A stretch of DNA of 33,725 bases, from positions 1-33,725 of the forward strand of contig CAMDCC010000003.1 of assembly GCA_945889545.1 (NCBI GenBank), in the 5' to 3' direction. Shown here piece after piece: positions 26,045-33,725 of this stretch. This stretch comes from Bifidobacterium breve. Its GTDB lineage: Bacteria > Actinomycetota > Acidimicrobiia > IMCC26256 > PALSA-555. Every line of letters starts with the position of its first letter. Position 1 is the stretch's first letter. The position numbers and the translations under genes were made by a program. The notes under the pieces were generated by a model that did not search any database, was not told the origin of the DNA, and saw only the letters and a list, made by a program, of their open reading frames with translations.

Positions 26045-26794
26045 CTAGACCATGGGCCACGGGACGGAGTGGTAGCCGGGGTCGGGATCGGGGAAGCAGC
26101 CGTCGCGGAGGAGGTCGGCAGCGCGGGTCGACAGCGCGGCGAGCTCGGGCGGTGAGAGCAGGGTGGCGAGCCGAGCGCCGATCTCGCCTTCGTCGATCTC
26201 TCTGGTCAGCCGACAGACCGCGTCGGTGAGCGCCGGCGGGAGTGGCTCGCCGGCAAAATCCCAGATCACGGTGCGCAACTTCCACATCGGGTGGAACGTG
26301 AGGCCGTGGTCGATCCCCACTACCACGTCGTTCACTTGATCGTGCAGACAGTGACCGCCCTTGCGATCGGTGTTGTTCACGAGCACGTCGAAGACCGCGA
26401 ACTCGCGGAAGCGTTCGACGTTGCCCTCGAGCAGTGTGAAGTAGTGCTCCTCGGGGTCGTGCTCCACGAAGCGCTGGATCGCGCCGGGACCGAGCGGGCC
26501 GTCGTCGCGCATCACGGTGACCGGCACCACTCCCCACCCGAGTGCTCGCGAAACTTCGTATGCCGCAACTTCCCGATTGCACAGCGTCCCGTCGGGAAAG
26601 TCCCAGAGCGGTCGCTCACCGCGCCTCGGCTTGTAGACCGCGCTGATCTCGACGCCGTCGGTGGTCGCCTGCACGAGGAACGTGCCGTTCGACGCGTACC
26701 GCATGCGCCCAACAACTTCGAAGTCGGCGCGCGCCAGCAGCGCGGCCAAATCGTCGGGGGCCAAATCGTCGGGGTTCAGTTCCAGCGCGGGCAC
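26045..26794 (-). CDS. SCO1664-family protein (PI3/4-kinase-like)
   Basis: ASNGTFL, VYKPRRGERPLWDFPDGTL, REVAAY, NNTDRKGGH, IDHGLTF, KLRTVIW. Confidence 0.9.
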   Translation of the reverse strand: MPALELNPDDLAPDDLAALLARADFEVVGRMRYASNGTFLVQATTDGVEISAVYKPRRGERPLWDFPDGTLCNREVAAYEVSRALGWGVVPVTVMRDDGPLGPGAIQRFVEHDPEEHYFTLLEGNVERFREFAVFDVLVNNTDRKGGHCLHDQVNDVVVGIDHGLTFHPMWKLRTVIWDFAGEPLPPALTDAVCRLTREIDEGEIGARLATLLSPPELAALSTRAADLLRDGCFPDPDPGYHSVPWPMV

Positions 26795-27333
26795 CGGTGT
26801 CCGGCGGGATCCATCGGCATGTCGCAGAGCGGACACGGCGGACGGCCGGCGGCGACTTCTTGGGCGCCGCGCGCCGCCATCGCCCGCACCTGCGGCCGGG
26901 TCGCGTAGATGCGGGCCACATAGCCCTCGCCGTCGTCATCGTCGATGATGAGCTCGAGCGGATCGTCCTCGTCTTCGTCGTCGTCCTCGGACGTGGTGTG
27001 CTCGCGCAGCTCGATGAGCACCAGCTCACGCTCGGGGTCGAAGCCGAGCCCGATGAGACGGGCGCGGAACAGCGGCACCGTGGGCTCGCGAAGCTCGGCC
27101 GCGGCCGCGGGCAACCTGATTGCGTCTTCGGGGTAGTCGTCGGCGATGCGGTCGAGGAAGGCGATCGCCTCGGTGGCGAGCAGCGCGATCTGCTCCTTTT
27201 CGACGAGCACGGTGAGCTGCGCCTCGGCGGAGCGCGCCTGCAGGTAGAAGGCGCGCTGACCGGGTTCGCCGACCGCGCCGGTACCGAGCGCATCGACATC
27301 CTCGAGCTCGATGGGATCAGGTATGGCGGTCAT
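26776..27333 (-). CDS. DUF3090 family protein
   Basis: GAVGEPGQRAFYLQA, VEKEQ, AAGRPPCPLC..PMDPAGHRCPRWN. Confidence 0.9.
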   Translation of the reverse strand: MTAIPDPIELEDVDALGTGAVGEPGQRAFYLQARSAEAQLTVLVEKEQIALLATEAIAFLDRIADDYPEDAIRLPAAAAELREPTVPLFRARLIGLGFDPERELVLIELREHTTSEDDDEDEDDPLELIIDDDDGEGYVARIYATRPQVRAMAARGAQEVAAGRPPCPLCDMPMDPAGHRCPRWN

Positions 27334-28034
27334 GGCTTGTCTTCTTCGTTCGTAGGTACAACCGGCCGCATCTGCAGCTCGTCGAGCCCACCGGTGTCGT
27401 TGCACTTCAGCATGGCCACACCATGGTGACCGAACTCGAAAGCCGTCACCGACGCGGGCGACACCACGATGCGCTGGAACAGATCGAGGTGCACACCTGT
27501 GTAGTGGGCGATCGCGGCCTTGATGGGATCCGCGTGCGAGACGACCACCACGAGCTCACCCGGATGCTCGGTGACGAGCGCGTCGAGTGCGGCGACCATT
27601 CGGGCCTGCATCGCGGCCAGCGACTCACCGCCCGGGAACGACGCACGCGACGGCATACGCTGGACGACCTTCCACAAGTCGGTCTTGGCCAGATCGCTGA
27701 GCGCTTGACCCGTCCAGTCGCCGTAGTCGGCCTCGATCACACCAGGGAGCGGCAGCACGGCGAGGCCGTGGTGGGTTGCCACCGACTGCGCAGTCTGAGT
27801 GGTGCGCTCGATCGGACTCGCGTACACCGCAGCGACCGGGAGCCCGGCGAGCCGAACGCCGAGCGCCTCGGCTTGGCCACGGCCCTCGTCGGACAGGTCG
27901 ATGCCGGGCGCGCGACCCGACAGCAACGGTCCGGTCTGCGCGGTTACGGCGTGGCGCGCGAGCAGCAGACGCGTGGAAGCCGGAGGTGGTTCCGGTGGTG
28001 CGTCGGCTGTGGCGTCGAGCGCGGTGTCGGTCAT
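27330..28034 (-). CDS. Histidine phosphatase family protein (MSMEG_4193-like)
   Basis: LLLARHA, LSGRAPG, SPIERT, EADYGDWTG, VSHADPIKA, DLFQRI. Confidence 0.9.
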   Translation of the reverse strand: MTDTALDATADAPPEPPPASTRLLLARHAVTAQTGPLLSGRAPGIDLSDEGRGQAEALGVRLAGLPVAAVYASPIERTTQTAQSVATHHGLAVLPLPGVIEADYGDWTGQALSDLAKTDLWKVVQRMPSRASFPGGESLAAMQARMVAALDALVTEHPGELVVVVSHADPIKAAIAHYTGVHLDLFQRIVVSPASVTAFEFGHHGVAMLKCNDTGGLDELQMRPVVPTNEEDKP

Positions 28035-28083
28035 CGACCCCGATCGTACCGGCGACCCCGCCACCCCCTTCCGTCGTCCAGTT

Positions 28084-28138
28084 CGGGTTTTGGCGTCAGA
28101 AGTCCGGTAATAGTCCGGCTTTCTGACGCCAAAACCCG
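28084..28138. repeat. REP-like palindrome in a divergent intergenic region
   Basis: Perfect 18-bp arms CGGGTTTTGGCGTCAGAA / TTCTGACGCCAAAACCCG. Confidence 0.85.
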
Positions 28139-28159
28139 CTCCGACTACGGTCCGACGTG

Positions 28160-28609
28160 ATGACCGACATCCCTGTCTCGCTGTCCACCGCGCCCGACGA
28201 GGTCGTGCTCGACCCCGAGCCGAGCGACGCACTCGCCGCGCTCGAACACGCGCTCGCCGCCCCAACCAGCTCGCGGCGCGATGCGGTGTCCGACGTGGTG
28301 GCCCACTGGCCCCGGTTCCTCGACGCGTGGGCCCGCCTCGGCGAGCTCGGCCGCGACGACGTGGAGGCCTATGCCTGCGCCCGGGTCGGCTACCACCGTG
28401 GCCTCGACCGGCTGCGCCAGAACGGGTGGCGCGGCTCGCAATATGTGCGCTGGGAGCACCCCGAGAACCGCGGATTCCTGCGGGCCCTGGCCGGGATGCA
28501 GCGATCGGCGGCGGCCATCGGCGAGACCGACGAGGCCACCCGTTGCGAGCAGCTCCTCCAGCAATTGGAACCCTCGTGGGCCCGAATCGGCTCCGCTGCG
28601 CAGCCGTAG
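28160..28609 (+). CDS. DUF3151 family protein
   Basis: AYACARVGYHRGLDRLRQNGWRG, WEHPENRGFLRAL; start may be GTG 28157. Confidence 0.88.
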   Translation: MTDIPVSLSTAPDEVVLDPEPSDALAALEHALAAPTSSRRDAVSDVVAHWPRFLDAWARLGELGRDDVEAYACARVGYHRGLDRLRQNGWRGSQYVRWEHPENRGFLRALAGMQRSAAAIGETDEATRCEQLLQQLEPSWARIGSAAQP

Positions 28610-28636
28610 GCCGTCGCCCCGTAGGATCAGTCACTC

Positions 28637-29629
28637 ATGAAACGGGCACTCATCACTGGCATCACCGGCCAGGACGGTCGGCACATGTCGGAGTTCCTGA
28701 CCGGCAAGGGCTATCAGGTCTTCGGTCTCGTGCGAGGCCAAGCGAACCCCAAGGCCAAGCTCGTCCTTGACGAGAACCCGGCCCTGGAGCTGGTGGAAGG
28801 CGACCTGCGCGACCTCTCGTCGCTCATCGCCGCGGTCGAGCAGGTCCAACCCGACGAGGTCTACAACCTCGGTGCGATGAGCTTCGTGGCGCTGTCGTTC
28901 CGCCAGCCCGAGCTCACTGCCGACATCACCGGCCTCGGCGTGCTCCGCATGCTCGAGGCCATCCGCATCGTGGGTGGCACCGAGCACAACCCGGTCCGCT
29001 TCTATCAAGCGTCGTCCTCGGAGATGTTCGGCAAAGTGCGCGAGACCCCGCAGCACGAAGGCACCGCGTTTCACCCGCGTTCGCCGTACGGCGTGGCCAA
29101 GGTGTTCGGCCACCACATGACGATCAACTACCGCGAGTCGTACAACCTGCACGCCTCGTCTGGCATCTGCTTCAACCACGAAGGCCCGCGACGCGGCCTC
29201 GAGTTTGTCACTCGCAAGATCACCAATGGCATCGCCCGCATCAAGCTCGGCCTCCAGGACTCCATCACGCTCGGCAACCTCGACGCAGCACGCGACTGGG
29301 GTTTCGCCGGCGACTTCGTCGAGGCGATGTGGTCCATGCTCCAGCAGGACGAGCCCGACGACTTCGTCATCGCGACGGGTGAGACACACACCGTCAAGGA
29401 ACTCCTCGATGTCGCGTTCCAGTGCGCGGGCTACGACGACTGGGAGCGGTTCGTGCGCCAGGATCCGCGCTTCGAACGACCAGCCGATGTCGAACTGCTC
29501 ATGGGCGACGCGTCGAAGGCCAACGCGAAGCTCGGCTGGAAGCCCAAGGTTGCCTTCGACGAGCTCGTGTCGATGATGTACGAATCCGACCTCATCGAAG
29601 AGACCAAGAAAGCCGAGCTCGAGCGCTAG
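28637..29629 (+). CDS. gmd: GDP-mannose 4,6-dehydratase
   Basis: [48 protein letters not shown]. Confidence 0.95.
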   Translation: MKRALITGITGQDGRHMSEFLTGKGYQVFGLVRGQANPKAKLVLDENPALELVEGDLRDLSSLIAAVEQVQPDEVYNLGAMSFVALSFRQPELTADITGLGVLRMLEAIRIVGGTEHNPVRFYQASSSEMFGKVRETPQHEGTAFHPRSPYGVAKVFGHHMTINYRESYNLHASSGICFNHEGPRRGLEFVTRKITNGIARIKLGLQDSITLGNLDAARDWGFAGDFVEAMWSMLQQDEPDDFVIATGETHTVKELLDVAFQCAGYDDWERFVRQDPRFERPADVELLMGDASKANAKLGWKPKVAFDELVSMMYESDLIEETKKAELER

Positions 29630-29633
29630 CCGT

Positions 29634-29849
29634 TCAGCCCGTCTCGCGCCACGAGGCGGTCGCGAGTTTCAAGCCGGCAATCCCCACTCCAAGATCGAGC
29701 GTCGCCACCGTCGCATCACATTCGCTTCCCTCGGCGTCGTAGGCGGTCAGGTCATCGCCAATCGCGATCGGCGCATCTGCCCTTGAGAGCAGGGCACGAA
29801 CGAGACCCGTCGCGTCGACCGAGTTGAAATCGACTCGAACTCTTGTCAT
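29634..29849 (-). CDS. Small hypothetical protein (71 aa, MTRVRVDFNSVD...)
   Basis: GAGGTG RBS; beta-rich acidic sequence. Confidence 0.65.
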   Translation of the reverse strand: MTRVRVDFNSVDATGLVRALLSRADAPIAIGDDLTAYDAEGSECDATVATLDLGVGIAGLKLATASWRETG

Positions 29850-29854
29850 CGCGT

Positions 29855-29986
29855 TCACCACCTCGGCTCGGGGAGTTCGAAGAGCGATTCCAACCGACCG
29901 AGCATCTCGTCGGTCGGTTCCTCGATTCCTAGAAGAATCGTAACGTGATGAGCAGGCGGCGATTCCTCGACGCGGAACCCAGTGCC
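29855..29986 (-). pseudogene. 5'-truncated gene remnant (..GFRVEESPPAHHVTILLGIEEPTDEMLGRLESLFELPEPRW*)
   Basis: Manual translation; protein-like; stop 5 nt before the next start; no plausible start codon. Confidence 0.45.
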
Positions 29987-30030
29987 GGAAGAACATCGAA
30001 GGGTGGTTTCGGTGACGGATTCCCGCGGTC

Positions 30031-30990
30031 TTACAACGCCCTCGCCATCGCGCGTTCGGCTTCTTCTACGAATTGGTGGACGAGGTCACCGGCTGGGGTG
30101 AGCTCGTGGATGGCGCCGACGCCTTGACCTGCCGGGTAGCACTCACGGTCGGGATCGACGTCTTTCGCTTCATCGCCTTCCGGCAGGTGCAAGATTCCGG
30201 CGCCCACGGCCGTCATCATCTGCTCGGGGAACGGCTTGAGCTCGTCGGGGTGCTCTTCGTAGTGCTTGGTCGTCTTGTTACGCACAACTCGCATCGGCTT
30301 GCCGCTGAACGCGCGGCTGACGACCGTGCCGTCTTCACCTGTGGCGAGCAACGTGTCTTTGTAGCCGGGTGCTGAACGCGCTTCGGGTGTCGCGATGAAG
30401 CGGGTGCCGACCCACACGCCATCGGCGCCCAGCATGAGCGCGGCGGCGAGACCGCGCCCGTCGAAGATGCCGCCGGCTGCGACTACAGGAACCCGATCAC
30501 CGACTGCATCGACGATCTGCGGGACGAGCGGCATCGTGGCCACCAATCCGGTGTGACCGCCGGCTTCGGTGCCTTGCGCGACGACAAGATCGCAACCAGC
30601 CTCGACCGCGTCGATGGCGTGGCGCACCTTGCCGCACATGTTCACCACGAGCACGTTGTTCGAGTGGCAGAGCTCGATGACCTCACGCGGCACGCCGAGC
30701 GCGGCCACGAACACCGGTACCCCTTCGGCGATCAGCAGCTCGACGTTGTGCATCATCTGGTCGGGCAGCGCAGTAAGGAGGTCGACACCGATCGGCTTGT
30801 TCGTGAGCGCCTTTGTCTTGCGGATCTCGTCGACCATCTGGTCGCTCGTCATCGCACCGGCACCGAGACAGCCGAAGCCGCCGGCCTCCGACACCGCGGC
30901 GGCAAGCCGGTGGTACGACACACCGCCCATGCCGGCGAGCATCACGGGATGCTCGATCTGGAGCACTTCGGTCAGTCGGGTCTTGATCAT
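30031..30990 (-). CDS. Nitronate monooxygenase / FabK-like FMN oxidoreductase
   Basis: HPVMLAGMGG, AAVSEAGGFG, AQGTEAGGH, VVAAGGIFDGRG, GVWVGTRF, PAGQGVG. Confidence 0.9.
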   Translation of the reverse strand: MIKTRLTEVLQIEHPVMLAGMGGVSYHRLAAAVSEAGGFGCLGAGAMTSDQMVDEIRKTKALTNKPIGVDLLTALPDQMMHNVELLIAEGVPVFVAALGVPREVIELCHSNNVLVVNMCGKVRHAIDAVEAGCDLVVAQGTEAGGHTGLVATMPLVPQIVDAVGDRVPVVAAGGIFDGRGLAAALMLGADGVWVGTRFIATPEARSAPGYKDTLLATGEDGTVVSRAFSGKPMRVVRNKTTKHYEEHPDELKPFPEQMMTAVGAGILHLPEGDEAKDVDPDRECYPAGQGVGAIHELTPAGDLVHQFVEEAERAMARAL

Positions 30991-31013
30991 GGGGGTGAGG
31001 GTAACGTCAACTC

Positions 31014-31514
31014 GTGGCACGCGATCCTTCACCGCTGGTCGGCGTGATCATGGGGAGCGATTCCGACCTTCGCGTGATGCAGGCCGCGCTCGACGCGCTG
31101 GACGAGTTCGGTGTGGCCCACGAGGTGCGCATCGTGTCGGCGCACCGCACCCCCGATGTGATGGTCGAGTACGCGCGCACGGCTGCCGAGCGCGGGCTGC
31201 GCGTCATCATCGCCGGAGCCGGGGGCGCCGCACACCTCCCCGGCATGACTGCGTCGATGACCGCGCTCCCCGTCATCGGTGTGCCGGTCAATGCCACGAC
31301 CCTCGACGGGCTCGACGCGCTGCTCTCGATCGTGCAGATGCCTGCGGGAGTACCCGTGGCCACGGTCGCCGTTGACAACGCTCGAAATGCGGGCCTGTTG
31401 GCCGTCCGCATCCTCGCAACTGCCGACCCCGAGTTGCTCGCCGCGATGGAGAAGTTCCAGGCAACCCTCGACGAAGCCGTGCGGGCCAAGGACGCCAAGC
31501 TCCAAGACCTGTAA
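31014..31514 (+). CDS. purE: N5-CAIR mutase
   Basis: [46 protein letters not shown]. Confidence 0.96.
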   Translation: MARDPSPLVGVIMGSDSDLRVMQAALDALDEFGVAHEVRIVSAHRTPDVMVEYARTAAERGLRVIIAGAGGAAHLPGMTASMTALPVIGVPVNATTLDGLDALLSIVQMPAGVPVATVAVDNARNAGLLAVRILATADPELLAAMEKFQATLDEAVRAKDAKLQDL

Positions 31515-31534
31515 TCCCACTAGCCTCCTCGGCC

Positions 31535-33088
31535 ATGTGGCCCGGACTGCACGCGAAGAACAGCCCCGACAAGCCCGCCTACATCATGGCGAGCAGTGGT
31601 TTGGTGGTGACGAACCGCGAGCTGGACGAGGGCTCGAACCGGCTCGCCCATCTGCTCCAGGATCGCGGACTCAAGTTTGGCGACCACATCGCGATCTTCA
31701 TGGACAACAACGCCCACTACATCCAAGTTGCGTGGGCGGCGCAACGCTCCGGCCTCTACTTCACACCGATCAACTTCCACTTCAACGCCGACGAGGTCGC
31801 GTACATCCTCGAGAACTCCGAGGCGAAGGCCGTGATCGTGTCGGCCGCGCTCGGGCACGTGGTCACCGAGCTGCTCGATGTGATGCCCGAGCTCGTGCAG
31901 ACGCGACTCGTCGTGGGTGGCGACGTCGATGGCTACGAGCGGTACGAGACGGCCGTCGCCGCGTGCCCGAGCGAACCGATCGACGAGGAGCTCGAGGGGC
32001 ACGGGATGTTCTACTCATCGGGCACCACTGGGCGCCCCAAGGGCATCAAGTACCCGCTCGAACGCAAGCCGGTGGGCTCACCTGAGCCCATGCTCGCCGG
32101 CTTCGGCCAGATCTACGGCATCGACGAGACCAGCACCTACCTCTCTCCCGCGCCGCTGTACCACGCCGCGCCGCTCCAGTTCTGCATCGCGATGAGTCGC
32201 ATCGGCGCCCCGAGCGTCATCCTCGAGCGCTTCGACCCCGAGTCGTTGTTGCAGGCGATCGAGACGTACAGCGTGACGCACGCGCAGTTCGTCCCGACCA
32301 TGTTCGTGCGCATGCTCAAGCTGCCGAAGGAAGTGCGCGACAAGTACGACGTGTCGTCGCTCCAGCTCGCGATCCACGCTGCGGCGCCGTGTCCGGTGAG
32401 CGTGAAGCACGAGATGATTGCGTGGTGGGGCCCGATCATCTTCGAGTACTACTCGGCCACCGAGGGCACCGGCTCCACGATGATCAGCAGTGAGGAATGG
32501 CTCGCTCACCCCGGGTCGGTCGGCCGCGCGTACACCGGAACGCTGCACATCCTCGACGAAGAGGACGATCCCGTACCGAATGGCGAGTCGGGCGTCGTGT
32601 GGTTCGAGCCGACCGAGCGCAGCATCACGTTCGAGTACCACAACGATCCCGAGAAGACCGCGTCCGCACACAACCGCGACGGATGGGCCACGGTCGGCGA
32701 CATGGGGTACCTCGACGACGAGGGCTACCTCTACCTCACCGATCGACGCGACTTCATGATCGTGTCGGGCGGGGTGAACATCTATCCGCAGGAAGCGGAG
32801 AACGTGCTCATCGCCCATCCGTTGGTGCTCGACGTTGCGGTGTTCGGCGTGCCGAACGAGGACATGGGTGAAGAGGTGAAGGCGGTCGTGCAGCCGATCG
32901 ACATGGTCGACGCCGGACCCGAGCTCGAGCAGGAGCTCATCGAGTACTGCCGCAGCCAGCTGTCGCACTACAAGTGCCCGCGTACGGTCGACTTCGACGA
33001 CGACCTCCCTCGTCAGCCGACGGGAAAGCTGTACAAGCGCCTCCTTCGCGACCGCTACTGGGGCAACAAGACGTCGAAGATCGTCTAA
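31535..33088 (+). CDS. Acyl-CoA synthetase (AMP-binding)
   Basis: YSSGTTGRPKG, PLYHAAP, EYYSATE, GDMGYLD, SGGVNIYPQE, PTGKL. Confidence 0.92.
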   Translation: MWPGLHAKNSPDKPAYIMASSGLVVTNRELDEGSNRLAHLLQDRGLKFGDHIAIFMDNNAHYIQVAWAAQRSGLYFTPINFHFNADEVAYILENSEAKAVIVSAALGHVVTELLDVMPELVQTRLVVGGDVDGYERYETAVAACPSEPIDEELEGHGMFYSSGTTGRPKGIKYPLERKPVGSPEPMLAGFGQIYGIDETSTYLSPAPLYHAAPLQFCIAMSRIGAPSVILERFDPESLLQAIETYSVTHAQFVPTMFVRMLKLPKEVRDKYDVSSLQLAIHAAAPCPVSVKHEMIAWWGPIIFEYYSATEGTGSTMISSEEWLAHPGSVGRAYTGTLHILDEEDDPVPNGESGVVWFEPTERSITFEYHNDPEKTASAHNRDGWATVGDMGYLDDEGYLYLTDRRDFMIVSGGVNIYPQEAENVLIAHPLVLDVAVFGVPNEDMGEEVKAVVQPIDMVDAGPELEQELIEYCRSQLSHYKCPRTVDFDDDLPRQPTGKLYKRLLRDRYWGNKTSKIV

Positions 33089-33096
33089 CGGTCCAC

Positions 33097-33725
33097 ATGG
33101 CGACCTCGGAGAACCTTCCGCACGGGAAGAAGCCGGCGGTAGTTCTGGTCGGCGTCAACTTCCTCGACGGGCTCGACTGGGGCATCCTCATCGGCGCGTT
33201 GTCGCTGCTCCAGAAGGAGTACGGGTTCAGCGATACGTGGGGGGGCGCCATCGCCACGGCAGCCACGATCGCCGGACTCTTCGCGCTGCTTCCCGCAGGC
33301 TGGATGGCCGATCACCTCCCGCGCGCCCGTGTGCTCGTGTTCGTGCTCGCGTCGTGGTCGCTCTTCCAAGGTCTCACTGCGGCTTCTGTCGCGTTCTGGA
33401 TGCTCGTGCTCACGCGCGTGTTGCTCGGCGCCGCCGCACACATCGACAATCCGCTCGCGTCGAGCCTCCTCGCTGACTACTACCCGCCCGCCGTGCGCGG
33501 ACGCGTGTACTCATACCAACGGCTCGCGCAGATCCTCGGCACCGCGGCAGGAATCGGCGTCGGGGGTGGCGTCGGGGATCTCCTCGGGTGGCGCGCCGCG
33601 TTCCTCGTCACGATCCCACCGACCTTGGTGGTCGCGGCGCTGGCGTACACGTCGCGCGAGCCGTTGCGAGGTGCGCTCGACCACGAAGCTGGGAGCGCGG
33701 CGGCCGTCGCCGCGGCTGACGGCAT
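33097..33725 (+). CDS. MFS transporter (partial, runs off right edge)
   Basis: Manual translation MATSENLPHGKKPAVVLVGVNFLD...GWMADHLPR...RVLLG...LLADYYPPAVRGR...GWRAAF. Confidence 0.88.
   Translation, partial: MATSENLPHGKKPAVVLVGVNFLDGLDWGILIGALSLLQKEYGFSDTWGGAIATAATIAGLFALLPAGWMADHLPRARVLVFVLASWSLFQGLTAASVAFWMLVLTRVLLGAAAHIDNPLASSLLADYYPPAVRGRVYSYQRLAQILGTAAGIGVGGGVGDLLGWRAAFLVTIPPTLVVAALAYTSREPLRGALDHEAGSAAAVAAADG

Noticed and set aside
28637-29629. gmd as marker of a polysaccharide cluster
   Set aside because: No glycosyltransferase, fcl/rmd or export genes nearby
289-33441. Numerous long alternative-frame and antisense ORFs (e.g. 289-1401, 2501-3940, 5550-7088, 14543-16012, 18590-20014)
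   Set aside because: Arg/Ala/Pro-rich shadows of real genes, expected at this GC content, with no recognisable motifs

Overview
High-GC actinobacterial chromosome segment. The gene content (DUF3090/SCO1664 trio, DUF3151, DUF2505, ccr-mce, FrhB-like protein) is most consistent with an Acidimicrobiia-like organism; this is an inference. The backbone is housekeeping: acyl-CoA carboxylase beta and epsilon, mce, ccr, thiolase, recR-ybaB-dnaX, a large Alu-type SRP RNA, tRNA-Ser(GGA)-tadA-tRNA-Ser(CGA), metF, copA/csoR with operator, an FrhB-like oxidoreductase, nhaA, a fatty acyl-AMP ligase, gmd, purE, an acyl-CoA synthetase and a partial MFS gene. Several small accessory patches interrupt it. The best candidate for an undescribed system is a NYN-domain RNase gene (6612-7220) surrounded by three promoter-hairpin-U-tract units of about 55 nt: two homologous copies and one divergent unit, possibly RNA antitoxins. 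Other notable points are a NhaA apparently lacking TM VI-VII, a 1.5-kb islet bounded by a duplicated recR 3' end, two divergent CAP-like lipoproteins behind sigma28-like promoters, an in-frame amber stop in a DUF2207 gene, and pervasive leaderless-type promoters. All family calls come from motif recognition by eye; no database searches were run.
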